A stretch of DNA of 20,902 nt from Candidatus Fraserbacteria bacterium (GCA_037446135.1 JBBIJD010000030.1:1-20902), one strand, 5' to 3'; numbered from the stretch's first letter, positions 5,388 through 14,741 are shown. Notes: generated by a model not told the origin, from the letters alone. Numbers and translations are program-made.

Positions 5388-8300
5388 CTAGATGATTGTC
5401 ATGACCACCTGAATCTGGTTATTCCCCTCATTTAGCTCCTTCACGCGATCCTCAGGGTCGACTACCACGGCGATCGTATAGTCACCGTAGGCGAGCCCAG
5501 AGGTCGGGAGGCTGACCTGGAGGGTGATCGTCTCGCCGGAACCGAGCTGGGAGACCTCTCTCGTGGCGAAGATGACCTCACCTGGGTTCGAGGCCTTCCG
5601 GACGAATTGGGCTGTGAAAGGCCCAGACGGTCCTGGACCCTCATTCTTTATCGTCGCATAGATCTGGGCCGTCTGACCCCGCTGGAGGATCGGCGAGGGT
5701 TTGATGGCCAGGTTCACGGGGACGAGATCGGCCCGACCGGCAGCCTCGACTCCGATGATCACGAACGGCGGTGGGGTGCAGTAGATGTTGTTGGCCTCGT
5801 CCAACTCTTCCACTTTGCCGTCCGGGTCGGCCAGAATGCAGACCTCGTAGGCCCCGCTCTCTAGGCTAGTGGTATCCAGGACTCCTAGGACCTCGGCCCG
5901 CTCACCCGGCCCGAGGCCGGAAAGGGTAACGCTGTCGAAGGGGACATAGGCTGCCCCCTCCTCGACCTTGCGGTAGAGGAAGGAGACACGGAACTCTCCA
6001 GCGGCTGTCCCGCCGCTGTTGACGATCGCCCCGTGGACCTTCACCGGGGTAGGAGCAGTGATCGGTGGCTCAGGCTCGAAGGTGAGCTTTGGCTCGGGAC
6101 GGAGGTCCGCCGGGCGGGGCTCGACCCTCAGTGTGGTCGTCAGCGCGTTATTTGCCTCGTTCTGTTCCGCCACGCGTCCGTCGGGGTCAACGACCACGCG
6201 GATGAGGTAGTCCCCCGGCTCGAGAGTCGCGGTATCGAGTGAGCGGCTCGCCGGCTCGGGATTGTTCGAGGCGATCCCGGGGAAGGAGACCCCGCCGAAG
6301 GAGACGAACTCGGCCTCCCTCTGGCAGCTCGTTGTCCCCGTCCCTGCCAGCCGGCACCAGTAGAAGTTGACATCGAACTTCCCCACCGGCTCCACTCCGG
6401 CGTCGATCACCGTAGTCGTCACCTTGACGACCGTCCCCTGGGTCACTGGAGAAGGCGGCTCGAGCGCAAGGGCGATCGGGATGAGATCAGCCCCCTGAAT
6501 GAGGATGGGGATATCCAGCGCGTTGTTCAGCTCGCTCTGCTCCTCCACTAAGCCGTTAGGTCGGCTGGGGTTTCCCGGATCGACAGTGATCCGGATCGAG
6601 TAGCTTCCCGGTTGGAGGGTCGAGGTCTCGAGGACTGCCTTGGCCTCTGTCCTCTTCCCGACGGCTAGCCCGGGGAGGGAAATGACCGCGAAGGTCGCAA
6701 AGTCCGCTGGCTTAGTGCAGGGTTGTTCTGCCTCTACGGGCAAGGTCTCTGAGAGCCGGCAGTAGGCGAACTCCACGGCGAATGGCCCGGCTTCAAGATC
6801 TCCCAGGTTGGCGATATTGGCCGTGAAGCGGAGGGTCTGGCCGCGATTGACTTGATAGGCCGGGGCGACGACCACTGGCGTGAGCGGGTCGAGTGCCAAG
6901 TCCGGCAGGCGCGGCGAGAGGAGAGTGAGGGTTGTGACCAACTCATTGTTCATCTCCTCTAGCTCCCTCACTTGGCCGATGCTGTCGCCATCGACCGGGG
7001 GATCGACGACCACCCGGATCTCATAGATCCCGGGGCTTAAGGGGGCGAGGGTCAGCTTCCCCTCGACCTTCAGCTCGCCTCCCGGTGCGAGCGCAAGATT
7101 GGAGCAGCCCGCCTGGTCCCGGCAGGGGAGGGGCTCCCAGCGGAGCCGCCCCTTCCCGCGGTAGCTGAAGGCCACGGCGAACCCGCTCGCCGGGGCCTTC
7201 CCCGTGTTCTTGATCACTGAGGAGACAGTCACCACCTCGGCCATTCGGAGTTCCACCGGGGAGGGCGGATTGAGCTCCAGGCTCTCTGGATGGAGCTCGG
7301 GGAGCTGGGGCTCCGGCGGGAGGATCGTCACGGCCTTAGTCAACCTATTGTTAGCCTCGTCCAGCTCGGGGATAAGATTGTTCGGATCGACTACCACGCT
7401 CAGTTGATGGACTCCTGGGGCGAGGCTGAGCCCCGGCTTGGCTGGGATCAGCTCCCCCTGGGCGAGGGCCTCCTCTCCCGGGCCGAGGGGTCCGAGGCTG
7501 GCAAGCGCGAACTGCTGCCCATTGATATAGAAGCCGACCTCTACCGTCGGGGCCGGGCCCTTCCCTGTGTTCGCGACCTTCGAGGAGATCGTCACCCGCC
7601 CGTCGAGCCGGATGAGCGGCTTGTCCAGTTCCAAGCTCGTTGGATGGAGCTCGGCCCCTTGGATGGTCAGTGAGACAGTGAGCTCGTTATTCGCCTCATC
7701 CTGCTCCTCGACCTGCCCATCGGGGTCGACGGCGATGAGCAGCATGTGGCTCCCCGGGGCCAGGCTCAAGGCATAAGGGTCGAGCGCCCCCTGGGTGGAG
7801 AGGCTCGCCCCCGCCGCGAGGCCCTCCAAGCCTGTGGAATCGAACTCCCGGCCATCGACGCGGAAGGCGACCCGGAAAGGCCCAGCGGCCTTGTCTCCCG
7901 TATTCCTGATCTCGACGGTGACGACCACGAGCTGGTCGGCCGTCGGCAGCGGCGGGGCGAGGCTGACCGCGACCGGCTGGAGGTCGGCCAGCCCCAGCTT
8001 AGAGGGCAAGATCGTCAGAGCGGTTACCAGCTCGTTGTTTGTCTCGTCCTCTTCAGGGATCTGGTTGTTCGAGTCGGCCACCACGCGGACCTCATAAGCT
8101 CCGGGCTCGAGAACTGCCGTATCCAAGGCAACTCCGCGACCATCGTCCTTGACCTCCAAGGCTTCCTGGCGGCTCGGGGCGAGGTTAGAGACCATAGCTA
8201 CATGGAAGCTGGTCCAGCTCTCCCCTCCCTGGCGGCGGTAGAAGAACTCCACCTTGAACTCCCCAGCCGATCGCTCGCCGGTGTTCATCACCCAGGCATG

Positions 8301-8468
8301 GATCGCCACCACCTCACCGCGTGCTACCGGCGAGGGCGGCTCCAACACGATCTTCTGGAGATGGAGCTCCGGGAGCCCTACACCCCCGCGCCCGACCCCG
8401 GCCAGCCCGATCAAGAGGCTCAAGCTCAAGAGGAGTAGAAAACCGACTGATACTGACCTCCTGCCCAT
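5388..8468 (-). CDS. Secreted protein of 8 tandem CARDB (Ig-like) domains
   Basis: Signal peptide, then eight repeats of the pattern (L/A)(P/A)(D/E)L...NxG...F.V.F...GxYxxxVxxDPxxxxxExxExNN. No catalytic domain or anchor seen. Confidence 0.9.
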   Translation of the reverse strand: MGRRSVSVGFLLLLSLSLLIGLAGVGRGGVGLPELHLQKIVLEPPSPVARGEVVAIHAWVMNTGERSAGEFKVEFFYRRQGGESWTSFHVAMVSNLAPSRQEALEVKDDGRGVALDTAVLEPGAYEVRVVADSNNQIPEEDETNNELVTALTILPSKLGLADLQPVAVSLAPPLPTADQLVVVTVEIRNTGDKAAGPFRVAFRVDGREFDSTGLEGLAAGASLSTQGALDPYALSLAPGSHMLLIAVDPDGQVEEQDEANNELTVSLTIQGAELHPTSLELDKPLIRLDGRVTISSKVANTGKGPAPTVEVGFYINGQQFALASLGPLGPGEEALAQGELIPAKPGLSLAPGVHQLSVVVDPNNLIPELDEANNRLTKAVTILPPEPQLPELHPESLELNPPSPVELRMAEVVTVSSVIKNTGKAPASGFAVAFSYRGKGRLRWEPLPCRDQAGCSNLALAPGGELKVEGKLTLAPLSPGIYEIRVVVDPPVDGDSIGQVRELEEMNNELVTTLTLLSPRLPDLALDPLTPVVVAPAYQVNRGQTLRFTANIANLGDLEAGPFAVEFAYCRLSETLPVEAEQPCTKPADFATFAVISLPGLAVGKRTEAKAVLETSTLQPGSYSIRITVDPGNPSRPNGLVEEQSELNNALDIPILIQGADLIPIALALEPPSPVTQGTVVKVTTTVIDAGVEPVGKFDVNFYWCRLAGTGTTSCQREAEFVSFGGVSFPGIASNNPEPASRSLDTATLEPGDYLIRVVVDPDGRVAEQNEANNALTTTLRVEPRPADLRPEPKLTFEPEPPITAPTPVKVHGAIVNSGGTAAGEFRVSFLYRKVEEGAAYVPFDSVTLSGLGPGERAEVLGVLDTTSLESGAYEVCILADPDGKVEELDEANNIYCTPPPFVIIGVEAAGRADLVPVNLAIKPSPILQRGQTAQIYATIKNEGPGPSGPFTAQFVRKASNPGEVIFATREVSQLGSGETITLQVSLPTSGLAYGDYTIAVVVDPEDRVKELNEGNNQIQVVMTII

Positions 8469-8486
8469 CTATCTCTCCTTTCCTTA

Positions 8487-11400
8487 TCAATCCTTGATCA
8501 GGTAAATATTCCCATTCTCCGCCCCAAAGTAGATCGCCCGGACGAGCCGCACCTCCGCCCCGACTCTTTCAACTGAGGCATCGATGACTGGGGTCGAGCG
8601 GATCGGGCTCCCGACGGCCACGGAGAAGGCCTCTCGCCCGGCAGGCTCGAGGGCATAGAGTTTCCCATCGCTCGAGCCGAGGAAGACCCTCCCGCTCCGG
8701 CCATCGATCGCCGGCCGGGCATAGAGCGGCCCGCCGGTGGAGAAGGCCCAGTAGAGCCTTCCGGAGAGGTCCAAAGCGTAGAGCTTCCCGTCGGCCGAGG
8801 CGGCATAGATCGGGTCGCGCCGCTCCACATCGACCGCCAGGCCCGTGACTGCCCCACCGACGGTGAAGCTCCAGCCCGGGCTCCCGCCGAAGCTCACGGC
8901 CTGGACCTTCCCGTCCTCCGTGCCAGTGTAGATTGATTCACCCAGGGCGAGGAAAGTCAAAGGACTGCGCAGGTCGAGCTGCCACTTGATGGTGCCATCG
9001 CGAGCCAGGGCATAGAGCAGTCCGCCGGAAGTGGCAGCGTAGACCAGATCCTTAGCGTCATGAGAGATGAGCGCTCGCACCTCCCCGATGGTGGCGAACT
9101 CCCAGCGCGGCTGGCAAGCCGAGGTCAGGCTCACCACTTTCCCCGCGAGGCCGGCATAGATGTTCCCGAACCTATCCACCGCCAGCGATCGGGCCTCCCC
9201 ACTGAGAGAGGCCCGGCAGATCTCCCGGCCGCTCTCGAGCTTGACCGCATAAAGCTTCCCGTCGGCGGTCCCCAAATATGCCGCTCGCGGCGCCCCGGCA
9301 TCGAGGGCTAGGGCCCGAATCGGGCTCCCCGCCTCGAAGGGGAAGCCAGCCTTTGGGACAGCCCCTCGCTCCAGGGCATAGAGCTTCCCGTCCTCCGAGC
9401 CGAGATAGACCGTGCCACTCCTCTTATCCAGCTCGAGGAGGCGAACCGCGCCCCCGGTCCCCAGGACGAGTTGAGGAGCCGGCGGGAAGGGGGCGATGAT
9501 CGTGAGGTAGCCTGAGAGCTCGTTATTTGTCTCGTTTGTCTCCGCTACGCGATTGTCAGGATCGATCCGGACCTTTATCTCATAACTCCCCGGGGCGAGA
9601 GCAGAGGTGGCGAGGACGCGGCAGAGCTCGACTTGACCCCCAGCCCTGAGGCCCGCGGCCGTGGCGGTGGCGAACTGGATGTAAGAGTCGAGGAAGTAGT
9701 TGAAGGAGACGGCGAACTGGCCCGCGGCAGCCGAGCCGAGGTTGGCGACCCTCGCGCAGACTCGGACCAGCTCGCCCTGAGCGACCGGTGAGGGCGGGTC
9801 GAAGGCTAGCCCAGCAGGGTAGAGGTCGGGCTGGGGGACGGGCGGGGAGATGATGAGTGTCCGGACCAGCTCATTATCCATCTCATCGAGCTCGGGGACC
9901 CAGTTGGCGGAGTCCGCGACCACCTTGATCTCGTAACTCCCCAGGGCCAGCCCAGCGGTGTTGAATAGCTCACAGATGGTGAGTGAGCGGCCGACTTCCA
10001 GGCTGGGGATGGACTTGCTGGCGAAGGAGCTGAAGGCCCCGACCTGGTCCTGGCGATAGAGGAACTCAACCTGGAACTCCCCGGCCACGCCCTGGCCGGT
10101 GTTGGTGATCTCGGCGCAGGCCTGGACCTGGGTCCCCTGGGCGACCGGCGAGGGCGGGCTTAAGATGAGGTCTCTCAGGGTGAGGTTCGCCCCTACGACC
10201 TGGGGGGCGATCGGGGTAATCAACGAGAGGCCGGTGATCAGAGCGTTGTTAGTCTCGTCAAGCTCCTCCACCTCGTTCCGCGGGTCGACGAACACTCGGA
10301 TCTTGTAGCTGACCCCTAAGGTCAAGCTGGAGGTGGGGAGCTGCCCCTCGACGATCTCCTTCGCCCCTTTGGCGAGGCCGGGGATGTCCTGGACCGCGAA
10401 GGGGAGCCAGCTCTGCCCATCAGGGCTGTAGGCCAGCTCGACCTGGAATCGCGAGGCCTCGATATTCCCGGTGTTCCAAATGGTCGCGCTCACGCGGACC
10501 ACCTGGCCGAGGCGGACCGGAGAGGGCGGCTCGAGGGCCAGGCCCGTGGGATGGAGTTCAGCTTTCCGTGGCCTGGGCGGGAGGATCTCCAAGGGAGCGC
10601 TGATCACATTATTCGATTCATCCAGCTCCGCGAGGCGATTCTCGGGATCGACGAAGACCCGCAGGGTGTAGCTCCCCGCCGGGAGGTCCGTGGTATCGAG
10701 CTTCCCCTGGACTTTCACCGTCTCGTTCTGCCTCAGCCCCTCCTCATCCTCATAGTAGAAGGTATCGAAACGGCGATCATCGATGAAGAAGCCGACGGTG
10801 AACCGCTTCGCCTCCTTCTTCCCGGCGTTCTTGATCACGGAGGCGACGGTGATCGTATCCCCTTGATGGACCGGCTCGGTCCCCAACTCGAGGCTCTGGG
10901 CCAGGAGCTCCGAGCCCTGGATGAAGAAGGCTGTAACCATCTCATTGTTGGCCTCATTCTGCTCGTTGATCGTATTCTCGGGATCGACGACTACGCGGAG
11001 TTGGTAACTCCCCGGCTCGAGGCCCAGCCCGGGGACATCGAGCCTCCCGCTGGCTGTCTCGCTATTATCCCGCTCTTCGATCCCCAAGCGCTGAAGAGTG
11101 GCTGCGGCAAACCGCTGCCAGTCGCCTGACCCGAGCGGGCGATAGTAGAACTCGACCGCGATGTTCTCAGCCCTCCGCCCCCCGGTGTTGATGATGAGCA
11201 CCGTCGCGGTGAGGTCCCTTCCCCACTCCAAGGGGAGGTCGCGGTTGAAGGTGATGCTCAGCGGATGGAGCTCAGGGAGATCGAGCTTGGAGCGGACGAC
11301 TGCCAGGGAGGCTAGGATCTCGTTGTTGCCCTCATCTTGCTCTGCCACCTCTCCCTCTGGCCCGGCTGTAGTCGGGGGATCGACCGCGACTTTGATACTG

Positions 11401-12113
11401 AAGGAGGTGATCTCGCCTTGAGGATCGAGCTCGAGCGTCGAGGTATCGAGCGGTTGTTCCAAGAGCAGGCGCCCAGCCCGCTCCAGGCCGGGGACGGAAA
11501 TAGCCCCGAAAGAGACCCAACCCCCCTCACCGCGCCGGTAGAGGAATTCGACACGGAATCCCCCGGCGGTGCTCTCGCCGGTATTCTCCAGCTCAGAAAG
11601 GACCCGGACTACCTGGCCGCGCGCTACCGGTGAAGCCGGATCGAAGGCGAGGCTGATCGGGTGGAGCTCCGGCCTCGGCGGGAGGACCTCTAACTGAACG
11701 CTCAGGCGGTTGTTCGTCTCATCGCTCTCGCTCACCCTGTTATCCGGATCGGCCCTGGCGATGACCTCATAGACCCCTGGCGTTAGGCCCGCCGTCTCGA
11801 TCTGGGCCTCGACAGTCGCTTCCCCTTTGGCCTCTAGGCCCGGGAGTTCCTGGCTAAAGAACCCGCAGCACTCTTCCCTGTCCACCCGCCGCCAGCAGAG
11901 CTCCACGGAGAAGCCACCTGCCGCGACGGCCCCGCTATTACCTACTTTAACTGCAACCCGGACGAGAACTCCCTGGCCCACTGGTGAAGGCGGGCTCAGG
12001 GCCAGTCCCAACAAGGCAAGATCAGGCAAGGGCTGGGCTCGTGAAGGGATTGCAGCCAATAACAATAGAGCAAGAAAGCCGATAACCACCAGGACCTTTA
12101 AGCCCCTATCCAT
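8487..12113 (-). CDS. Secreted protein: 7 CARDB domains plus C-terminal 8-bladed PQQ-like beta-propeller
   Basis: Signal peptide ending PSRA-QP, seven DPxNxxxExxExNN-type repeats, then eight xYxGxxDGKLYAL-like blades. Start is ATG 12113 or GTG 12116. Confidence 0.9.
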   Translation of the reverse strand: MDRGLKVLVVIGFLALLLLAAIPSRAQPLPDLALLGLALSPPSPVGQGVLVRVAVKVGNSGAVAAGGFSVELCWRRVDREECCGFFSQELPGLEAKGEATVEAQIETAGLTPGVYEVIARADPDNRVSESDETNNRLSVQLEVLPPRPELHPISLAFDPASPVARGQVVRVLSELENTGESTAGGFRVEFLYRRGEGGWVSFGAISVPGLERAGRLLLEQPLDTSTLELDPQGEITSFSIKVAVDPPTTAGPEGEVAEQDEGNNEILASLAVVRSKLDLPELHPLSITFNRDLPLEWGRDLTATVLIINTGGRRAENIAVEFYYRPLGSGDWQRFAAATLQRLGIEERDNSETASGRLDVPGLGLEPGSYQLRVVVDPENTINEQNEANNEMVTAFFIQGSELLAQSLELGTEPVHQGDTITVASVIKNAGKKEAKRFTVGFFIDDRRFDTFYYEDEEGLRQNETVKVQGKLDTTDLPAGSYTLRVFVDPENRLAELDESNNVISAPLEILPPRPRKAELHPTGLALEPPSPVRLGQVVRVSATIWNTGNIEASRFQVELAYSPDGQSWLPFAVQDIPGLAKGAKEIVEGQLPTSSLTLGVSYKIRVFVDPRNEVEELDETNNALITGLSLITPIAPQVVGANLTLRDLILSPPSPVAQGTQVQACAEITNTGQGVAGEFQVEFLYRQDQVGAFSSFASKSIPSLEVGRSLTICELFNTAGLALGSYEIKVVADSANWVPELDEMDNELVRTLIISPPVPQPDLYPAGLAFDPPSPVAQGELVRVCARVANLGSAAAGQFAVSFNYFLDSYIQFATATAAGLRAGGQVELCRVLATSALAPGSYEIKVRIDPDNRVAETNETNNELSGYLTIIAPFPPAPQLVLGTGGAVRLLELDKRSGTVYLGSEDGKLYALERGAVPKAGFPFEAGSPIRALALDAGAPRAAYLGTADGKLYAVKLESGREICRASLSGEARSLAVDRFGNIYAGLAGKVVSLTSACQPRWEFATIGEVRALISHDAKDLVYAATSGGLLYALARDGTIKWQLDLRSPLTFLALGESIYTGTEDGKVQAVSFGGSPGWSFTVGGAVTGLAVDVERRDPIYAASADGKLYALDLSGRLYWAFSTGGPLYARPAIDGRSGRVFLGSSDGKLYALEPAGREAFSVAVGSPIRSTPVIDASVERVGAEVRLVRAIYFGAENGNIYLIKD

Positions 12114-12195
12114 CACACCCCCTTCTGGTTCAGTTTCCTGATCGCCTAGTCATTATATTAAGCTAACCTAGCATTCCCCTCCTCTCATCACCAAC

Positions 12196-14154
12196 TCATT
12201 CTAGCTTCAAGGCATAGAGATGGCCCTCCCAAGATGGCAAACAGAGCGTATTCCCGTCGACCGCCGGAGTGCCAGTGATCAGGCCACGAGTGGGGAAGAC
12301 CCACTCATCGCTGACGGCCGAGCCGCGGTCCTGGAGAGCATAAAGGGTTCCATCGTCCGAGCCGAAGTAGATCATCGTGCCCTGACGGATCGGCGAGGTG
12401 CGGATCGGCCCGAGTGGGATCCCGTTATATTCCTTAAACTGCCATTGCCCCAAGCCCTCGCTACCGCTATCCTCGACCTTGCAGAGGCCCCCATTGGCCG
12501 AGCCGAAGTAAATTACTGTTGCACCATCCTCAAGGGCGACTAACGGGGCTGCCTCTACTGCCCCGATCGGTGGGACGCACTTTGTCTCGCCCTCGAGCGG
12601 ATACTGCCACTTCTTTGTCCCATCGAGGAAGAGGGCATAGAGGTGACCGTCGGATGAGCCGAAGTAAACCGTCTCATTGAAGATCCTCGGCGAGGATTTG
12701 ATGAAGCTCCCCGTAGGGAAGCTCCAGCGGAGGAGGGCCCTATCCCCTTGATCTTCGAGGGCGTAGAGGTTCCCGTCCCCCGAGCCAAAGTAAATTGTGC
12801 CGTCCGCCCCGATGGCCGGGGTCGTCCGGACGAACGCCCCTGTCGCGAACTTCCAGCGGAGCGAGCCGTCAGAGTTGAGGGCGTAAAGTGAGCCATCGTC
12901 CGAGCCAAAGTAGATCTTCTGAACTACTCCACTGCTGTCTTTGAGTAAGGCCGGAGCAGCCTTCACCGCCCCGCTCGCCGGGAACTGCCAGGCCAGGCTC
13001 CCGGTGGAGCTGAGGGCATAGAGGTGGCCATCATCTGAGCCGAAGTAGATCTTATCTTGGGCTACTACAGGGGTTGCAGTAACTGCGCCTTGGGTGGGAT
13101 ACTTCCAACGCTCGGTCCCATCGGGGGCATTGAGGGCATAGAGGTAGCCATCATTAGAGCCGAAGTAGATTACGGTCCGATCCTGGCCCCTCTCTGTTAC
13201 GGTCGCCAAGGCCACTCCCGAGGCGATCGCCCCGATCTGGACCTCATCCTCGGGCTTCTCAAGAGGGACCGAGAAGCTAGGATAGATCCACTTAATCCTG
13301 AAGGAATCGATGATAAAGAGCTGCCTATCGAGGGTATTATTGCCCTCATCGAGCTCACCTTGCCTATTCTGGGGATCGACCTGGGCACGGATGGTGTAGA
13401 CCCCCGCCGGCCAAGTGGAGACATCCTCAGTTATGAAGGCCCCTTTCTCCTTCCCTCGGGGGATCCTATCAGTTGGGAATGATCTCAAGCTACGGAAACG
13501 GCTCTCCCCCCTTAAGCGATAGGAGAATTCAACCACCGATGGTTCGGCATCATTGGTCCCGGAATTCCTTACCGTTGCGGTGATGAAGAGGCTCCTCTCG
13601 CCCTTGGCGATGATCAGGCCCGGGGTGAAACGGATATCGCTCACCAATAGATCTGGTTTCGGCTCTACCGGAAGGATCACTAGGTTCGGCCCGGCGGTGG
13701 GGGTAGAGATGGCAGGGGTAGATGTAGTGGCACCAGTAGTTAAATCAGTCACAAATACCTGGACGAATATCCGATAAGTCCCCTCCTTCAGGGCAGACTT
13801 CCCCGGCTCGGGGGCGAGGGTATCGAGCTCAGTCTCGAAGGTCTCCCTGCCCCCGGGATCGAGGCTGATCGTCTCTCTAGAGACTGGGGGGAGGGTCCCG
13901 CTGACGCCGGCGCCAAGGTAGGAGAACTGGACCGTAATCCGCTCACTGGGGAAGCCGACGGGTTGATTCCCTTGGTTCTCTATCACCGTGGTGAGTGTGA
14001 CGATTGTGCCCTTGTTCACAGGTGGGGGAGGATTGAGGCTGATGCTCAATGGGACGAGTCTCGGCCCTTGCTGGCTGTAGAGTGCCCCCCCGCCGAGCAT
14101 GAGCAGGAGGGCCATTAAAGCTAGAAATGGGGCCCGCCTTCCGACCCGGTTCAC
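12196..14154 (-). CDS. Secreted protein: degenerate Ig/CARDB domain + CARDB + 8-bladed PQQ-like beta-propeller
   Basis: GTG start after an AGGAGGTGA SD, and a signal peptide. CARDB segment KPDLLVSDI...VDPQNRQGELDEGNN, then eight IYFGSxDGxLYAL-type blades. Confidence 0.9.
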   Translation of the reverse strand: MNRVGRRAPFLALMALLLMLGGGALYSQQGPRLVPLSISLNPPPPVNKGTIVTLTTVIENQGNQPVGFPSERITVQFSYLGAGVSGTLPPVSRETISLDPGGRETFETELDTLAPEPGKSALKEGTYRIFVQVFVTDLTTGATTSTPAISTPTAGPNLVILPVEPKPDLLVSDIRFTPGLIIAKGERSLFITATVRNSGTNDAEPSVVEFSYRLRGESRFRSLRSFPTDRIPRGKEKGAFITEDVSTWPAGVYTIRAQVDPQNRQGELDEGNNTLDRQLFIIDSFRIKWIYPSFSVPLEKPEDEVQIGAIASGVALATVTERGQDRTVIYFGSNDGYLYALNAPDGTERWKYPTQGAVTATPVVAQDKIYFGSDDGHLYALSSTGSLAWQFPASGAVKAAPALLKDSSGVVQKIYFGSDDGSLYALNSDGSLRWKFATGAFVRTTPAIGADGTIYFGSGDGNLYALEDQGDRALLRWSFPTGSFIKSSPRIFNETVYFGSSDGHLYALFLDGTKKWQYPLEGETKCVPPIGAVEAAPLVALEDGATVIYFGSANGGLCKVEDSGSEGLGQWQFKEYNGIPLGPIRTSPIRQGTMIYFGSDDGTLYALQDRGSAVSDEWVFPTRGLITGTPAVDGNTLCLPSWEGHLYALKLE

Positions 14155-14193
14155 GCCCGCTCACCTCCTTCTTCCTATTTTCATCTAGAGCAA

Positions 14194-14232
14194 GAGGAGG
14201 GCAGCTAGGCACTCCGCCTAGCTGCCCTCCTC
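14194..14232 (-). terminator. Perfect 17-bp intra-operon hairpin (leaky terminator or mRNA stabiliser)
   Basis: GAGGAGGGCAGCTAGGC-actcc-GCCTAGCTGCCCTCCTC. The tail on the minus strand is weak in T (TTGCTCT). Confidence 0.7.
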
Positions 14233-14253
14233 CCCCTCTCTAATTACTGATCC

Positions 14254-14691
14254 TCAACTTCTCTCCCTGAGGACTAGGCCGACCCGCCCCTCGGCGAAGC
14301 CGAGCGCGACTGGTCCGATCTTAAGCTCAGGCTCATAAGGATATGCTGGATCAGCCACGATCTTCGGCCAGACGGTCTCTTCCTGCGAGAGGTCGAAGGC
14401 GATGACTTGGAAATCGGTGTAGGCGAGATTGATCCCGAACTCGTCCTTCAGGAGGCTTCGAGGCTTGGTCATAAAGAGCTCCATATACTTTGCCTGCTCG
14501 GCGTTGATCTTAGCGATCGCTACGGGGAGCTTCTCGAGGACATCAGTAGGGATCTTGCTCAAGAACTTTAGAACGCTGTCGAGCTGGGCCTGGGCGACCT
14601 TCGTGCCCCCGGCCATCAAGGCTACGGTCGCCAGTGAGCCGACGCCTATATACTTCAGGAAAGCCCGCCGATCGAGCCGCTTCTCCTCCAT
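14254..14691 (-). CDS. Tat-exported hypothetical protein (145 aa)
   Basis: MEEKRLDRRAFLKYIGVGSLATVALMAGGTKVAQA has a consensus RRxFLK motif and an AQA cleavage site. The AAGGAGGTG SD favours ATG 14691 over GTG 14700. Confidence 0.88.
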   Translation of the reverse strand: MEEKRLDRRAFLKYIGVGSLATVALMAGGTKVAQAQLDSVLKFLSKIPTDVLEKLPVAIAKINAEQAKYMELFMTKPRSLLKDEFGINLAYTDFQVIAFDLSQEETVWPKIVADPAYPYEPELKIGPVALGFAEGRVGLVLRERS

Positions 14692-14712
14692 CTCCGGCAC
14701 CTCCTTTTGCCA

Positions 14713-14741
14713 ATTCTAGCAGATCCGGCTGAGGAAGTAAA
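14713..14741 (-). promoter_or_regulatory. sigma70-type promoter of the Tat/CARDB operon
   Basis: TTTACT (14741-14736)-17-TAGAAT (14718-14713) with an extended TG, just upstream of the SD. Confidence 0.65.

Noticed and set aside
5388..13200. CRISPR array or DNA tandem repeats
   Set aside because: The repetition is at protein-domain level with diverged DNA. No identical regularly spaced repeats were seen.
8487..14154. Calling the propeller proteins BamB or PQQ dehydrogenases
   Set aside because: No lipobox Cys, no BamB gene context, no recognisable catalytic features, and both are fused to CARDB arrays.
8440..14154. Tat export of the CARDB proteins (N-termini MGRRSVSV and VGRRAPFL)
   Set aside because: RR is present but the RRxFLK spacing is not met and the h-regions are strongly hydrophobic, so Sec export is more likely. 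Not fully excluded.
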